Assembly (NCBI GenBank): GCA_023150835.1
Contig: JAKLKB010000001.1
Location: forward strand, 62,001-126,000
Direction of reading: 5' to 3'
Origin: Myxococcota bacterium
GTDB lineage: Bacteria; Myxococcota_C; UBA6777
Length of the DNA: 64,000 nucleotides
Numbering within the stretch: the stretch's first letter is position 1; each line of letters begins with the position of its first letter. The translations under genes were made by a program, and so were the position numbers. The notes beneath the pieces were generated by a model. The model saw only the letters and a list, made by a program, of their open reading frames with translations, searched no databases and was not told where the DNA came from. Positions 1 through 8,266 of this stretch are shown in pieces.

Positions 1-52
1 GGCAGATCTCCGTGTATTGGGTGTTTGCGATGCGGTGCCTGATCTCGTTTCA

Positions 53-165
53 TACGAGATCCGCCCGTTGCGTTATCGTAAAGAGGTAAGGGCAGCCCCC
101 TGTAGCTGCCCAATAATCGGGCGTCTATGCACAGTCCTACGATCACACATCATTCGGATATCGTG
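53..165. mobile_element. MITE family A copy (113 bp) with internal REP-like hairpin
   Basis: Ends TACGAGATCCG ... CGGATATCGTG are imperfect inverted repeats. TCA flanks both sides (50-52, 166-168). Internal GGGCAGCCCCCTGTAGCTGCCC hairpin is shared with the other copies. Confidence 0.75.
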
Positions 166-238
166 TCACTCATGCGAGAAAAGACGTTCTGAAGTGATAG
201 AGAGGATAGGTGCATCAAGGGCTTCGGAGTTTTACGGG

Positions 239-2293
239 TCAGGGGGATGAGGGAGCCTCGTGGTAGTGTTTGGGACAAAGAGAGCAAGCGGCAGCCCACG
301 GATCTTCGGCGTTTCGGATCACGTCGAAGGTGAAGGGCAAGAGCAGTTCAGAAACAAATTCGACGGGTTCGGGATCGGTGACGAGTTGGCGCAACAGCTT
401 GATCGCGATGGGATACCAACGCGCACACTCGCCTTGCCATCGGATCTGGACGCGCTTGGTGGGCGTTTGCCGACCTTCGCGCAAGAAGTCGACTTCTTCG
501 GCAAGAAGGCGCTCAAAGGTCTGCAAAGAGACGCGCTTGTGGGCGACTTCGGCCCAGAGTTCCCAGCGGGAGCGTTCGGTGGTGGCGAGGTCATCCATCA
601 CACGAACGAAGACGCTTTCGCCCGAAGCGTTGGTCATGGCGGCAGGAAGGGCCACACAGCCGTTGCCACGCAGCCAATCGGCGAGATATTGTAGGGCTTG
701 AAAGATATTGTAGCGGACTTCATCGGGATGATCGTTGGCGATCACATCGGATACAGCGAGATCTGCGGCGAGGATTCCGCGAAGATAAAGCGGATCATCT
801 TCGGAGAGGCCAGAGATATCGGGACCGTCGACGAATCGGAGCAATGGCGCTTGTTCGGTGGGGCTTGGGACGAGTGCGCAGATCAGTTCGTGGAGATCGG
901 TGCTTTGGGGATCGCGTTGGCGGCGTCGCCATGCTTCAACGAGCGCGATGCCGATCCGCACAAAGTTGGGGTGGGCGACCCAAAAGCCGTCGAGTCCACG
1001 TTTGAGTTGAGTGACGACATCTTTGATGTAGCCGACCATGCAAACCTCGAAGGATCGGGGATCGCCGTCTTCGTAAAGGATGCCGTACATTCCGCCGATC
1101 TTGATGCCTTGGATGGGCGAGAGTTCACGGACGAGCCGATCGTGGGAGGCTTTGATGCGGTTGATCACGATGTTGGGATCGGCTTTTACAGGGATGCGGT
1201 AGTTCGGGTCATGGCGGAATAGCCGAGCGGTCGAAGCAAGGAAGTCATGCCATCCAAGTGATCCGCCTAGAAAATACGGAGCGAGCGCCTCTGCGATCTC
1301 TCGAATGCGAAAGATCGCTCGTGGATGTTCAAAGACCACAAACAAACGGATCGAGCCGATCTTGTAGGAAGGATGGAGCGTTTGGAGTTGTTCTTCGGCA
1401 CAACGGATCAGGGTCTTGAAGTAGGCGGCTTCTTCTTCGCTTTCGAGCTTGGGGACGTAAAAGACCAAGGCTTCGGGATAACGCCAGTTGTGGAAGAGTT
1501 GAAGTGCAAAGTCCACGAGATGAAGCGGCAGAGGTTGACCGTGCCAAAGGTGGTGTCCATCGGGCAATGCCAGACCCGGGATGCGTTTGATGGCTTTGGC
1601 CAAGCCAGTAGAGGCGATGGCATAGTGACGTCCCGTCGTTGGGTCGTCATAGGTCAGCGATCCATCATAACAGCCGAGAAGATGGGCATTTGCGGCGAGT
1701 AGCGTTGGCGCGAGAGGGGTCATCGAGTCTTCGTTATCCGCGCCCCAGCGGGGCATCTGGCCGCTTTCTTCGACAAGCCGAGCGATGATCGCAGGTTCGT
1801 TCGGCAGGCGTCGATGCAGCGAATTCATCGCATTGATCGCCATGCGCGGATCATCAGGGGGGCCAAACAAGGTGATGTGTTCGCCTTGCATTGAGGGAGG
1901 GACGTCGACGGTGTGGGTTGGCAGAGGTTGTAAAGAAGGCCCAACAACGATGCGCCCGTTGTGATCGGGCTTTCCGATCACCGTTTCATAAGAGGCAGAA
2001 CGGTAATCGCGGCCTTTGTTGTGTTCGACACACGCCAAGGTCTGCTGATCCACAAAAGCCCGATCTTCTTGGCGCTGGAGCAAGATCGCACACAAGGGAT
2101 CGCGTACTTGTTCGTACAGCGCAACCACAAAACGCATGGCGTCGTCCGTTTCAATGCGGCCAAACTGTTCGACAAGTCCGGGTGTGCGAGACAATCCCGA
2201 GACCGCCACAACAGGTTCAGCGGAGGCGTTTAAGTGGGCAAGAAGCGTAGGGGGAAGAAAGCGAAGGTACGGGGGAATGTGCGTTGTCGACAT
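239..2293 (-). CDS. aceB: Malate synthase (MSA-like, with N-terminal extension)
   Basis: Motifs RIPGLALPD, VDFALQLFHNW, FYVPKLES, GWHDF, DGFWVAHP and GCVAL..MDDLATTERSRWELW align with malate synthase A signatures. Confidence 0.8.
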   Translation of the reverse strand: MSTTHIPPYLRFLPPTLLAHLNASAEPVVAVSGLSRTPGLVEQFGRIETDDAMRFVVALYEQVRDPLCAILLQRQEDRAFVDQQTLACVEHNKGRDYRSASYETVIGKPDHNGRIVVGPSLQPLPTHTVDVPPSMQGEHITLFGPPDDPRMAINAMNSLHRRLPNEPAIIARLVEESGQMPRWGADNEDSMTPLAPTLLAANAHLLGCYDGSLTYDDPTTGRHYAIASTGLAKAIKRIPGLALPDGHHLWHGQPLPLHLVDFALQLFHNWRYPEALVFYVPKLESEEEAAYFKTLIRCAEEQLQTLHPSYKIGSIRLFVVFEHPRAIFRIREIAEALAPYFLGGSLGWHDFLASTARLFRHDPNYRIPVKADPNIVINRIKASHDRLVRELSPIQGIKIGGMYGILYEDGDPRSFEVCMVGYIKDVVTQLKRGLDGFWVAHPNFVRIGIALVEAWRRRQRDPQSTDLHELICALVPSPTEQAPLLRFVDGPDISGLSEDDPLYLRGILAADLAVSDVIANDHPDEVRYNIFQALQYLADWLRGNGCVALPAAMTNASGESVFVRVMDDLATTERSRWELWAEVAHKRVSLQTFERLLAEEVDFLREGRQTPTKRVQIRWQGECARWYPIAIKLLRQLVTDPEPVEFVSELLLPFTFDVIRNAEDPWAAACSLCPKHYHEAPSSP

Positions 2294-2392
2294 CGCGAAT
2301 CACCTGCATCTTTGGGAAAACGCAGACGATACTGGATCACACAAACGCTGTCAACGGCAAGTCGCAGGCTGTGGCGTGATGTTTGCGCAAGA

Positions 2393-3184
2393 TCAGCCGA
2401 GGATCTTTTTGCTCATCTGGTAGCCTTCAAAGAAGCGCTGGACGACGGGGTCAGGATCGATGAGGATTTGATCGGGCGGAGCGACGGCCCAGACCACGCC
2501 GTCATGCAAAAGAGCGATCCGATCTCCTACACTGACGGCGCTTTTGAGATCGTGGGTGATCACGATCGAAGTGACTCCGAGATCGCGTTGGAAGCGCCGG
2601 ATCATCCGATCGATCACGGTGGTGCTGATCGGATCGAGTCCAGCGGTGGGTTCGTCGTACAAGACGCATTCGGGTTGAGTGATGATGGCTCGCGCAAACC
2701 CGACGCGCTTGCGCATCCCCCCCGAAAGTTCAGAAGGATAAAGCGCTTCGATACCCGGGAGTTTGACATCGGCAAGAACACGGGCGGCACGCTTTCGGAT
2801 CTCTTCTTCGGGGACGCTGTCATTTTCACGCAGTGGATAAGCAAGGTTTTCGTACACCGTCAACGAATCAAACAGCGCGTTGGCTTGGAAGACCATCGAA
2901 AGCCGCTTGCGCAGGGGCATCCACTCCGTTTCGCGCAAGTCGTTGACGCGCTGGCCTTCAACCAAGATATCGCCCTGATCGGGCTTGACAAGGCCGATCA
3001 ACATCTTGACGAGGATCGATTTTCCTGTTCCAGAATTCCCGACCAAAGACACCGTTTCTCCCCGATACACCGAGAGATGGATACTTTTAAGGACTTGGAG
3101 CTTTCCGAAGGCTTTGTGGATATCGCGAAACTCCAAAAAAGGCGTATCACTGCGGTGAGGAGAGGTGATTTGGCCTGTTTGCAT
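2393..3184 (-). CDS. mlaF: ABC transporter ATP-binding protein, MlaF/Mkl type
   Basis: Walker A GNSGTGKS, FQANALFDSLTV, signature LSGGMRKRVG, Walker B LYDEPTAGLDP, ITHD. Confidence 0.85.
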   Translation of the reverse strand: MQTGQITSPHRSDTPFLEFRDIHKAFGKLQVLKSIHLSVYRGETVSLVGNSGTGKSILVKMLIGLVKPDQGDILVEGQRVNDLRETEWMPLRKRLSMVFQANALFDSLTVYENLAYPLRENDSVPEEEIRKRAARVLADVKLPGIEALYPSELSGGMRKRVGFARAIITQPECVLYDEPTAGLDPISTTVIDRMIRRFQRDLGVTSIVITHDLKSAVSVGDRIALLHDGVVWAVAPPDQILIDPDPVVQRFFEGYQMSKKILG

Positions 3185-3275
3185 GGTTTGCCCGCTCTGA
3201 TCGTGTGAAGAAGACGGCCTTTTCTTGATAGGACTTACGCAGTTGAAAAGGGAAACCGTGAAGAATCAACGCGTT

Positions 3276-3299
3276 GTAGGGGCGGTTCGCGAACCGCCC
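3276..3299. repeat. REP-type palindrome
   Basis: GTAG followed by hairpin GGGCGGTTC-GC-GAACCGCCC in the divergent intergenic region. Confidence 0.65.
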
Positions 3300-3566
3300 G
3301 CGCCCGAACATGGGCCTTTTTCGTATCGAACTGCGTAAGTCCTATCTTGACTTGAGTGACGATAGGAGAAACGGCGAAGGGAGGCAAGGGGCCTGTTGGG
3401 GCGGAGGGACGGCGGAGGTGAGGAAGGCGGATCGAGGCGCGGAAAAAGTGGGTTGAGCGTGGATGGTCTTGTTTTTGGGGAGAAGGTTCGTGTATGTTGC
3501 GCTTTTTTAGCGAGGTGAATGCGCCGATTGGGGCGCGAGGTAGTGTGTTGAAAAGGATCTTTCGGG

Positions 3567-4883
3567 ATGATCGATCGTTTGGTGGGTGAGCTAAAGTCGC
3601 GTTTTGCGTGGATCCGCGAAGTACAGGTTGAACCGCTGTCAGTCTCCAAAGAGCCGTTGCTTGGGGGAGATCAAGGATGGGGAGACTGGCAAGCGTATCG
3701 TATGGTGTTTCATGTGTCGGATTATCGGCTAGAACAGAACACCGCAGCGTTAGAGGAGATCGCAAAAGCGACACTGGGCGAGCGGATCTGGATCGAGCCG
3801 TTGTTTTTGTCCTCCCAAGAAGCGGACGATCTCAAGGCGCTGGGAGAAGATCCAGACGCACGACTGTTGCGTGGGTTGGAGGGATTGCGTGCCAAGAACC
3901 TTGCCTCGGCCCGCCGCTATGTACACGCGGCGATGGACGAGATCTTACGGGTGCTGTGGCTGTTAGAGCAAGAGTTCACCACAACGGGGCTGCACACATG
4001 GCTGATCGCCCGCAAGCTGGAGATGTTGTTTCTTCAGGTGGTGCGTTGGGGATTCGCCTGCGATGGCCGAGTCTTTCGCTCAGATACCGAAGGTTGGGGG
4101 TGCTTTCAACGCGATATCTGCGGGGATGGCAAATGGTTTCCGCTGTCTTTTGCTGCGTATCCCCTACAGATCCGATCTTTTGTGGGACGCCACCAAGCCC
4201 TTTCCGTTGTGGTGACCCAAAGCTACGGGGAAAACGACCTAGAGATCGATCAATTGATGCACCCGCTCCAACAGGCCGCCGAAGCGCTCAAAAAGCGCGT
4301 ACGCACCGAGTGGACGGACGTAACAGAGCGCACACGCCGAGAAAAGCGCCGACGTTTGGTGTGGATCGGCTCGCTGGTGAGTGTGATCGCGATCGCGGTG
4401 GCGGGTTGGTTATGGATGCGCCCTCCGCATTTTGCAGCGGCAGCGTTACCGACAGGCTCCGCAAAAGGCGGGATCACGGGGCGTTATTATGCGGGGCAAA
4501 ACTTCGAGCGTTATGTGCGCCAACGTGCAGATTATGAGCTGAATTTTTCAAGCGACGGCGAACCGATGCCGGGTGTTCCGAAAGATCACTACAGCGTCCG
4601 TTGGGAAGGTTATCTAGAAGCCCCCGAAGCAGGCCTCTACGAGATCTGTGTGCGTGTGGACGACGGTGCGCGGTTGTACCTGCACCGCAAGATGTTGATC
4701 AACGAATGGCGGGTCGGTCATGCCCGAACCCGCTGTCGCCGAGCGCGGCTCCAAAAAGGCTGGCATCCTTTGCGGATCGAGTTCTTTGAGCGCGGATGGA
4801 TGGCCGTTTTGCGCTTGCTGTGGAAAACTCCCAGCGGCCAGCAGCAAGTCTTGATACCTTCGCAACGTCTGTGTTGTCGATAG
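3567..4883 (+). CDS. Membrane-anchored PA14-domain protein with uncharacterised (HEPN-like) N-terminal region
   Basis: C-terminal PA14 pattern (GRYY..NF, YSVRWEGYL, DDGARLYL, GWHPLRIEFFE). Single TM segment after RRRL. Confidence 0.8.
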   Translation: MIDRLVGELKSRFAWIREVQVEPLSVSKEPLLGGDQGWGDWQAYRMVFHVSDYRLEQNTAALEEIAKATLGERIWIEPLFLSSQEADDLKALGEDPDARLLRGLEGLRAKNLASARRYVHAAMDEILRVLWLLEQEFTTTGLHTWLIARKLEMLFLQVVRWGFACDGRVFRSDTEGWGCFQRDICGDGKWFPLSFAAYPLQIRSFVGRHQALSVVVTQSYGENDLEIDQLMHPLQQAAEALKKRVRTEWTDVTERTRREKRRRLVWIGSLVSVIAIAVAGWLWMRPPHFAAAALPTGSAKGGITGRYYAGQNFERYVRQRADYELNFSSDGEPMPGVPKDHYSVRWEGYLEAPEAGLYEICVRVDDGARLYLHRKMLINEWRVGHARTRCRRARLQKGWHPLRIEFFERGWMAVLRLLWKTPSGQQQVLIPSQRLCCR

Positions 4884-4918
4884 CCTCGGAAAAAAGAGGG
4901 GATTGAAAAGAGGGGGAT

Positions 4919-5479
4919 TTATTTGGGGGAGGCGGTCAGTTGGATGGTGATGGTGACGTAGGGGCCTACGGTATCGTAAGAGTGCGAGACTTCAAAGTCG
5001 TGTCGGTTGATCTTTGTAGTCGCCGTAAAGGTCCGATAAGGCTTGCCTTTGTCGTCTGTTTTGATCTCGCTGACGGTCGCGGTCAGTTGGACGCTCACAG
5101 CAATGCCACGAATCGTCAGAGTTCCGTCGATGATCAGGTTGTTTTGTTTGTCTTTTTGGATCTTTGTGCTTTCAAAGGTGGCGCGGCGATAAGCATCCGT
5201 GTTGAAGAAGTCGGCCTCTTTGAGATGTTCGTCTCGTCGAGGAATGCCCGTTTGGATGCTGTCCGTTCGGATGATGGCGGAGATCTTGCTTTTTTCGGGC
5301 TGTTTTTCATCGTAATCCACGGTCGCTTGGAACTGTGAAAAACGGCCTTTGACGGGATAAAGCGTAGACACCTCAAAAGCGAGGCTCGATTGTTTGTAGT
5401 CGATCACATAAGGGCGAGCAGTCGCCAGACTCGGCAAGGCAAGCCAACTGCCAAGGACAACAAAGAACCATCGTTTCAT
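4919..5479 (-). CDS. YceI family lipid/polyisoprenoid-binding protein
   Basis: Signal peptide MKRWFFVVLG..., motifs GIPRRDEHLKEADFF, GTLTIRG, KINRHDF. Start moved to ATG 5479. Confidence 0.9.
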   Translation of the reverse strand: MKRWFFVVLGSWLALPSLATARPYVIDYKQSSLAFEVSTLYPVKGRFSQFQATVDYDEKQPEKSKISAIIRTDSIQTGIPRRDEHLKEADFFNTDAYRRATFESTKIQKDKQNNLIIDGTLTIRGIAVSVQLTATVSEIKTDDKGKPYRTFTATTKINRHDFEVSHSYDTVGPYVTITIQLTASPK

Positions 5480-5607
5480 CGCGCTCTCCTGCGGGTGTTG
5501 CGTGGATGTGTAGAGAAAAAAGGGGTGAGCCACCAGCTATTGTGGGGTTAGGCCAAACGGGGGGATCTTGGATCAGAAGCAACACAAGCGCAAGAGCGAA
5601 CCCATCA

Positions 5608-6171
5608 TCACTTACCAACAGCGGCGATATCGAGACTGATGGTGACATCCGCGCCGACGATACCTTTGCCGTAGGAGACTTTGAAGTCGTGACGGTTGAT
5701 GGTAAGGGTGGCTGTGAAGCCGTGGTGCGTCTTTTTGGTTTGGGGGTGTTGCATGGAGCCGTTGTAAGTGGCTTTGAGAACAACGGATTTGGTGATGCCT
5801 CGGATGGTCAGAGCGCCCGTGATATCCAAGGTGTTTTCGCCTGTTTTTTTGACGGCAGTACTTTTGAAGATCAAGCGGGGGTGCTTGGGAGCGTTAAAGA
5901 AGTCAGCATTTTGCAAGTGACCATCGCGCTTTTTGTTGTTGGTGTCGACGCTGGCGACTGCGATGTGGGCTTCGACTTTGCTCTTTTCAGGGTTTGCGAC
6001 ATCATAATCTAGTTTTACTTTGAATTTCCCGAACTTTCCGTTCACATTAGAGAAAAAGTGACGAACCTTAAAGGTGACGCTGGAGTGAACGACGTCGACG
6101 TTGAGGGTTTCGGCGTGGGCGGCAAAAGGGGCGACGATCAAAAAGGCTGCGATCAAGAGAATCTTTTTCAT
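5608..6171 (-). CDS. YceI family protein (tandem paralogue)
   Basis: Signal peptide, HSSVTFKVRH, RDGHLQNADFF, GALTIRGITK, INRHDF. AAGGAG lies upstream of ATG 6171. Confidence 0.92.
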   Translation of the reverse strand: MKKILLIAAFLIVAPFAAHAETLNVDVVHSSVTFKVRHFFSNVNGKFGKFKVKLDYDVANPEKSKVEAHIAVASVDTNNKKRDGHLQNADFFNAPKHPRLIFKSTAVKKTGENTLDITGALTIRGITKSVVLKATYNGSMQHPQTKKTHHGFTATLTINRHDFKVSYGKGIVGADVTISLDIAAVGK

Positions 6172-6373
6172 GGGAAGGACTCCTTTGTTCCAGAACAGGG
6201 GGTTGTTGGCAGAAAAACAGAGGCGAGCAGCGCGAAGGCTTTTGGGGATGTTGCCCCACAGGCTCCTGCTCAAGTGCGCCTATGAGATGCGTCCTGCTCT
6301 CAGAACGTTGCGTTGATTTTTGGGACAATCTATCCCAACCAAAAAGAAGGCTGCGTCGCGGCCCTCTCTTTGG

Positions 6374-7000
6374 TTAGACACCGGGGAGTTCTTCACGACA
6401 GAGCAGAAAGTGGACGTCGATCTTGTCGCCGCGTTTCCAGACGCCGCCGATGGAGACATGGCGGGATATCCGTCGCATAAAGTCGCGGGTTTCGTGGTAG
6501 ACGAGGACTTGGAGTCCTTGATCGTTGGGGCGGACGGTGGGCCACCCTTTGGCGACGGCGGCTTCGGGGACTTGGTAATAATCGATCACAACGGCCCCGC
6601 GTTCGTGCCATTCGAAGCGTTGGCGCGTGGAATAAGCGACGAAGTATCCGGGACCGAGGAGGCGGTTGAGCAAAAAGCCGTTGTCGTTGTATCCGAAGAT
6701 GCGGGGCGTTCCATCGTTTGGGCGACAAAACACCTTTTTAAACTGCCGATAATTCTGGAAGAGTGGGAGGGTATTGATACCGTGATGGACAACGGGTTGG
6801 AGGGGAGGGCGGTTGTGAGGGACAAAAAAGTCGAGTGTGACGGGCATCGCGAGGGCGGCTTTTTCGTAGAGCGTCGCGAAGAGTTTTGTGGGGATAGCAT
6901 AGATCTGTTCGAGCCGATACTTGGGGGGGAGGGCATCAAGAAAGTTTCCGATCTGTTCGATGGAGATCTCAGGGTCTTGGATCATCGCGTGAAGAGACAT
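6374..7000 (-). CDS. Hypothetical protein
   Basis: ~208-aa ORF co-oriented with its neighbours, GAGG before ATG 7000, globular composition. No family recognised. Confidence 0.65.
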   Translation of the reverse strand: MSLHAMIQDPEISIEQIGNFLDALPPKYRLEQIYAIPTKLFATLYEKAALAMPVTLDFFVPHNRPPLQPVVHHGINTLPLFQNYRQFKKVFCRPNDGTPRIFGYNDNGFLLNRLLGPGYFVAYSTRQRFEWHERGAVVIDYYQVPEAAVAKGWPTVRPNDQGLQVLVYHETRDFMRRISRHVSIGGVWKRGDKIDVHFLLCREELPGV

Positions 7001-7095
7001 AGTGAAACCTCGGTGTACCGTTCGTTGGGTTCGAGCGTGGCGGGCGGTTTGTTCGGGTTTGGTTGACTGGTTTTCCAAACAGCGAAGAGGATTTG

Positions 7096-7968
7096 TCAGG
7101 GCTTGACTGTTTGGATGGCTTTCCAAACAGCGGAAAAATCGAGTGTTTCGAGGCCCATGCCGCGAGCGCGCAAAAATTGGGCGTTGGCGGCGGCGATGGT
7201 GGGCAGAGGGAGAGCGCAGATCTCGCCGAGTGCAAGGGCAAGACGCAGATCTTTTTGCATGTGTTGGAGGGGAAAGGAAGGGGAGAACTGTTCTTGTTCG
7301 ATCATCGGGCCTTTGAGACGAAACATCGGGTTGGCGGTGGCCCCTGCATCAAGAACGGCGAAGAGATCTTCGGGGGCGAGATGGTTGGCTTGTGCGAGGG
7401 CGATCCCTTCGCAAAAAGCGGCCATCATGCCGCCCATGATCATGTTGACGACGAGTTTCATGGCACTGCCTTGTCCGACTTCGCCGAGATAGACGGTGAG
7501 TTTTCCGATGGCCTCGAAGGCTTCTTTCATCTCGTCGTAGAGGGCATGATCGCCAGCGGCGAGGAGCACAAGTGTCGCATCTTCGGCAGGTTTTTTACTG
7601 CCGGATACAGGGGCTTCGAGATAGCGTGCATCTTTGGCGCGAACGGCTTTGGCGATGGCATGGGAGGTTTGTGGATCGATGGTGGACATCTCGACGTAGC
7701 CTTTGCCTTGGCTGAGTCCTTCGATCACGCCGTCTTTTCCGAAGGCGATGGCATGGGAAGCTTCGGGATTGGAGACCATCGCTATGGTGATATCGCAGGT
7801 GGAGGCGACATCAGCGGGGCTTTCTGCGGGCTTGGCACCTGCTTCGGTGAGAGGGGCCATCTTTTCGCGGTCGCGGTTCCATACGGTAAGGTCGAACCCA
7901 GCGTGAAGAAGGTTGCGGGCCATCGCAGACCCCATAATCCCTAAACCGAGAAAGCCCAATTTGACCAT
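7096..7968 (-). CDS. Beta-hydroxyacid dehydrogenase family, glyoxylate/succinic-semialdehyde reductase (GLYR)-like
   Basis: GFLGLGIMG Rossmann motif, EAPVSGSKKPAED, catalytic MKLVVN, FPLQHMQKDLRLAL. AAGGAG lies upstream of ATG 7968. Confidence 0.9.
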   Translation of the reverse strand: MVKLGFLGLGIMGSAMARNLLHAGFDLTVWNRDREKMAPLTEAGAKPAESPADVASTCDITIAMVSNPEASHAIAFGKDGVIEGLSQGKGYVEMSTIDPQTSHAIAKAVRAKDARYLEAPVSGSKKPAEDATLVLLAAGDHALYDEMKEAFEAIGKLTVYLGEVGQGSAMKLVVNMIMGGMMAAFCEGIALAQANHLAPEDLFAVLDAGATANPMFRLKGPMIEQEQFSPSFPLQHMQKDLRLALALGEICALPLPTIAAANAQFLRARGMGLETLDFSAVWKAIQTVKP

Positions 7969-8266
7969 GATCTTGGCTCCTTTTGATGGATGTGGGACTT
8001 GTGTTCCAAGCGTCTGTGGAGGGTAGCTTGTGGGATGGGGAGTGTCAACATTCCGAGAGGCGAGGTGTTTTGGCGCGTGTGATGGGCTTGGCCTTTGTGG
8101 AGGCTGCTTTGGAGTCGGGCCAAACAGTCGGCAAGCTTGTGCTGCTGCCTTGATCGGGTGTGATAAATGGATCGCCCACAGGAACTTTTGGAGGCGGGCA
8201 TTGTCTTTGGGCGAGGCCAAAACCTTGTTTGTGTCGTTGCGGGTCGTGCGTTTGGATCGGAGCGGT

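Noticed and set aside
2234-3208. 324-aa plus-strand ORF
   Set aside because: Antisense shadow of the ABC ATPase gene.
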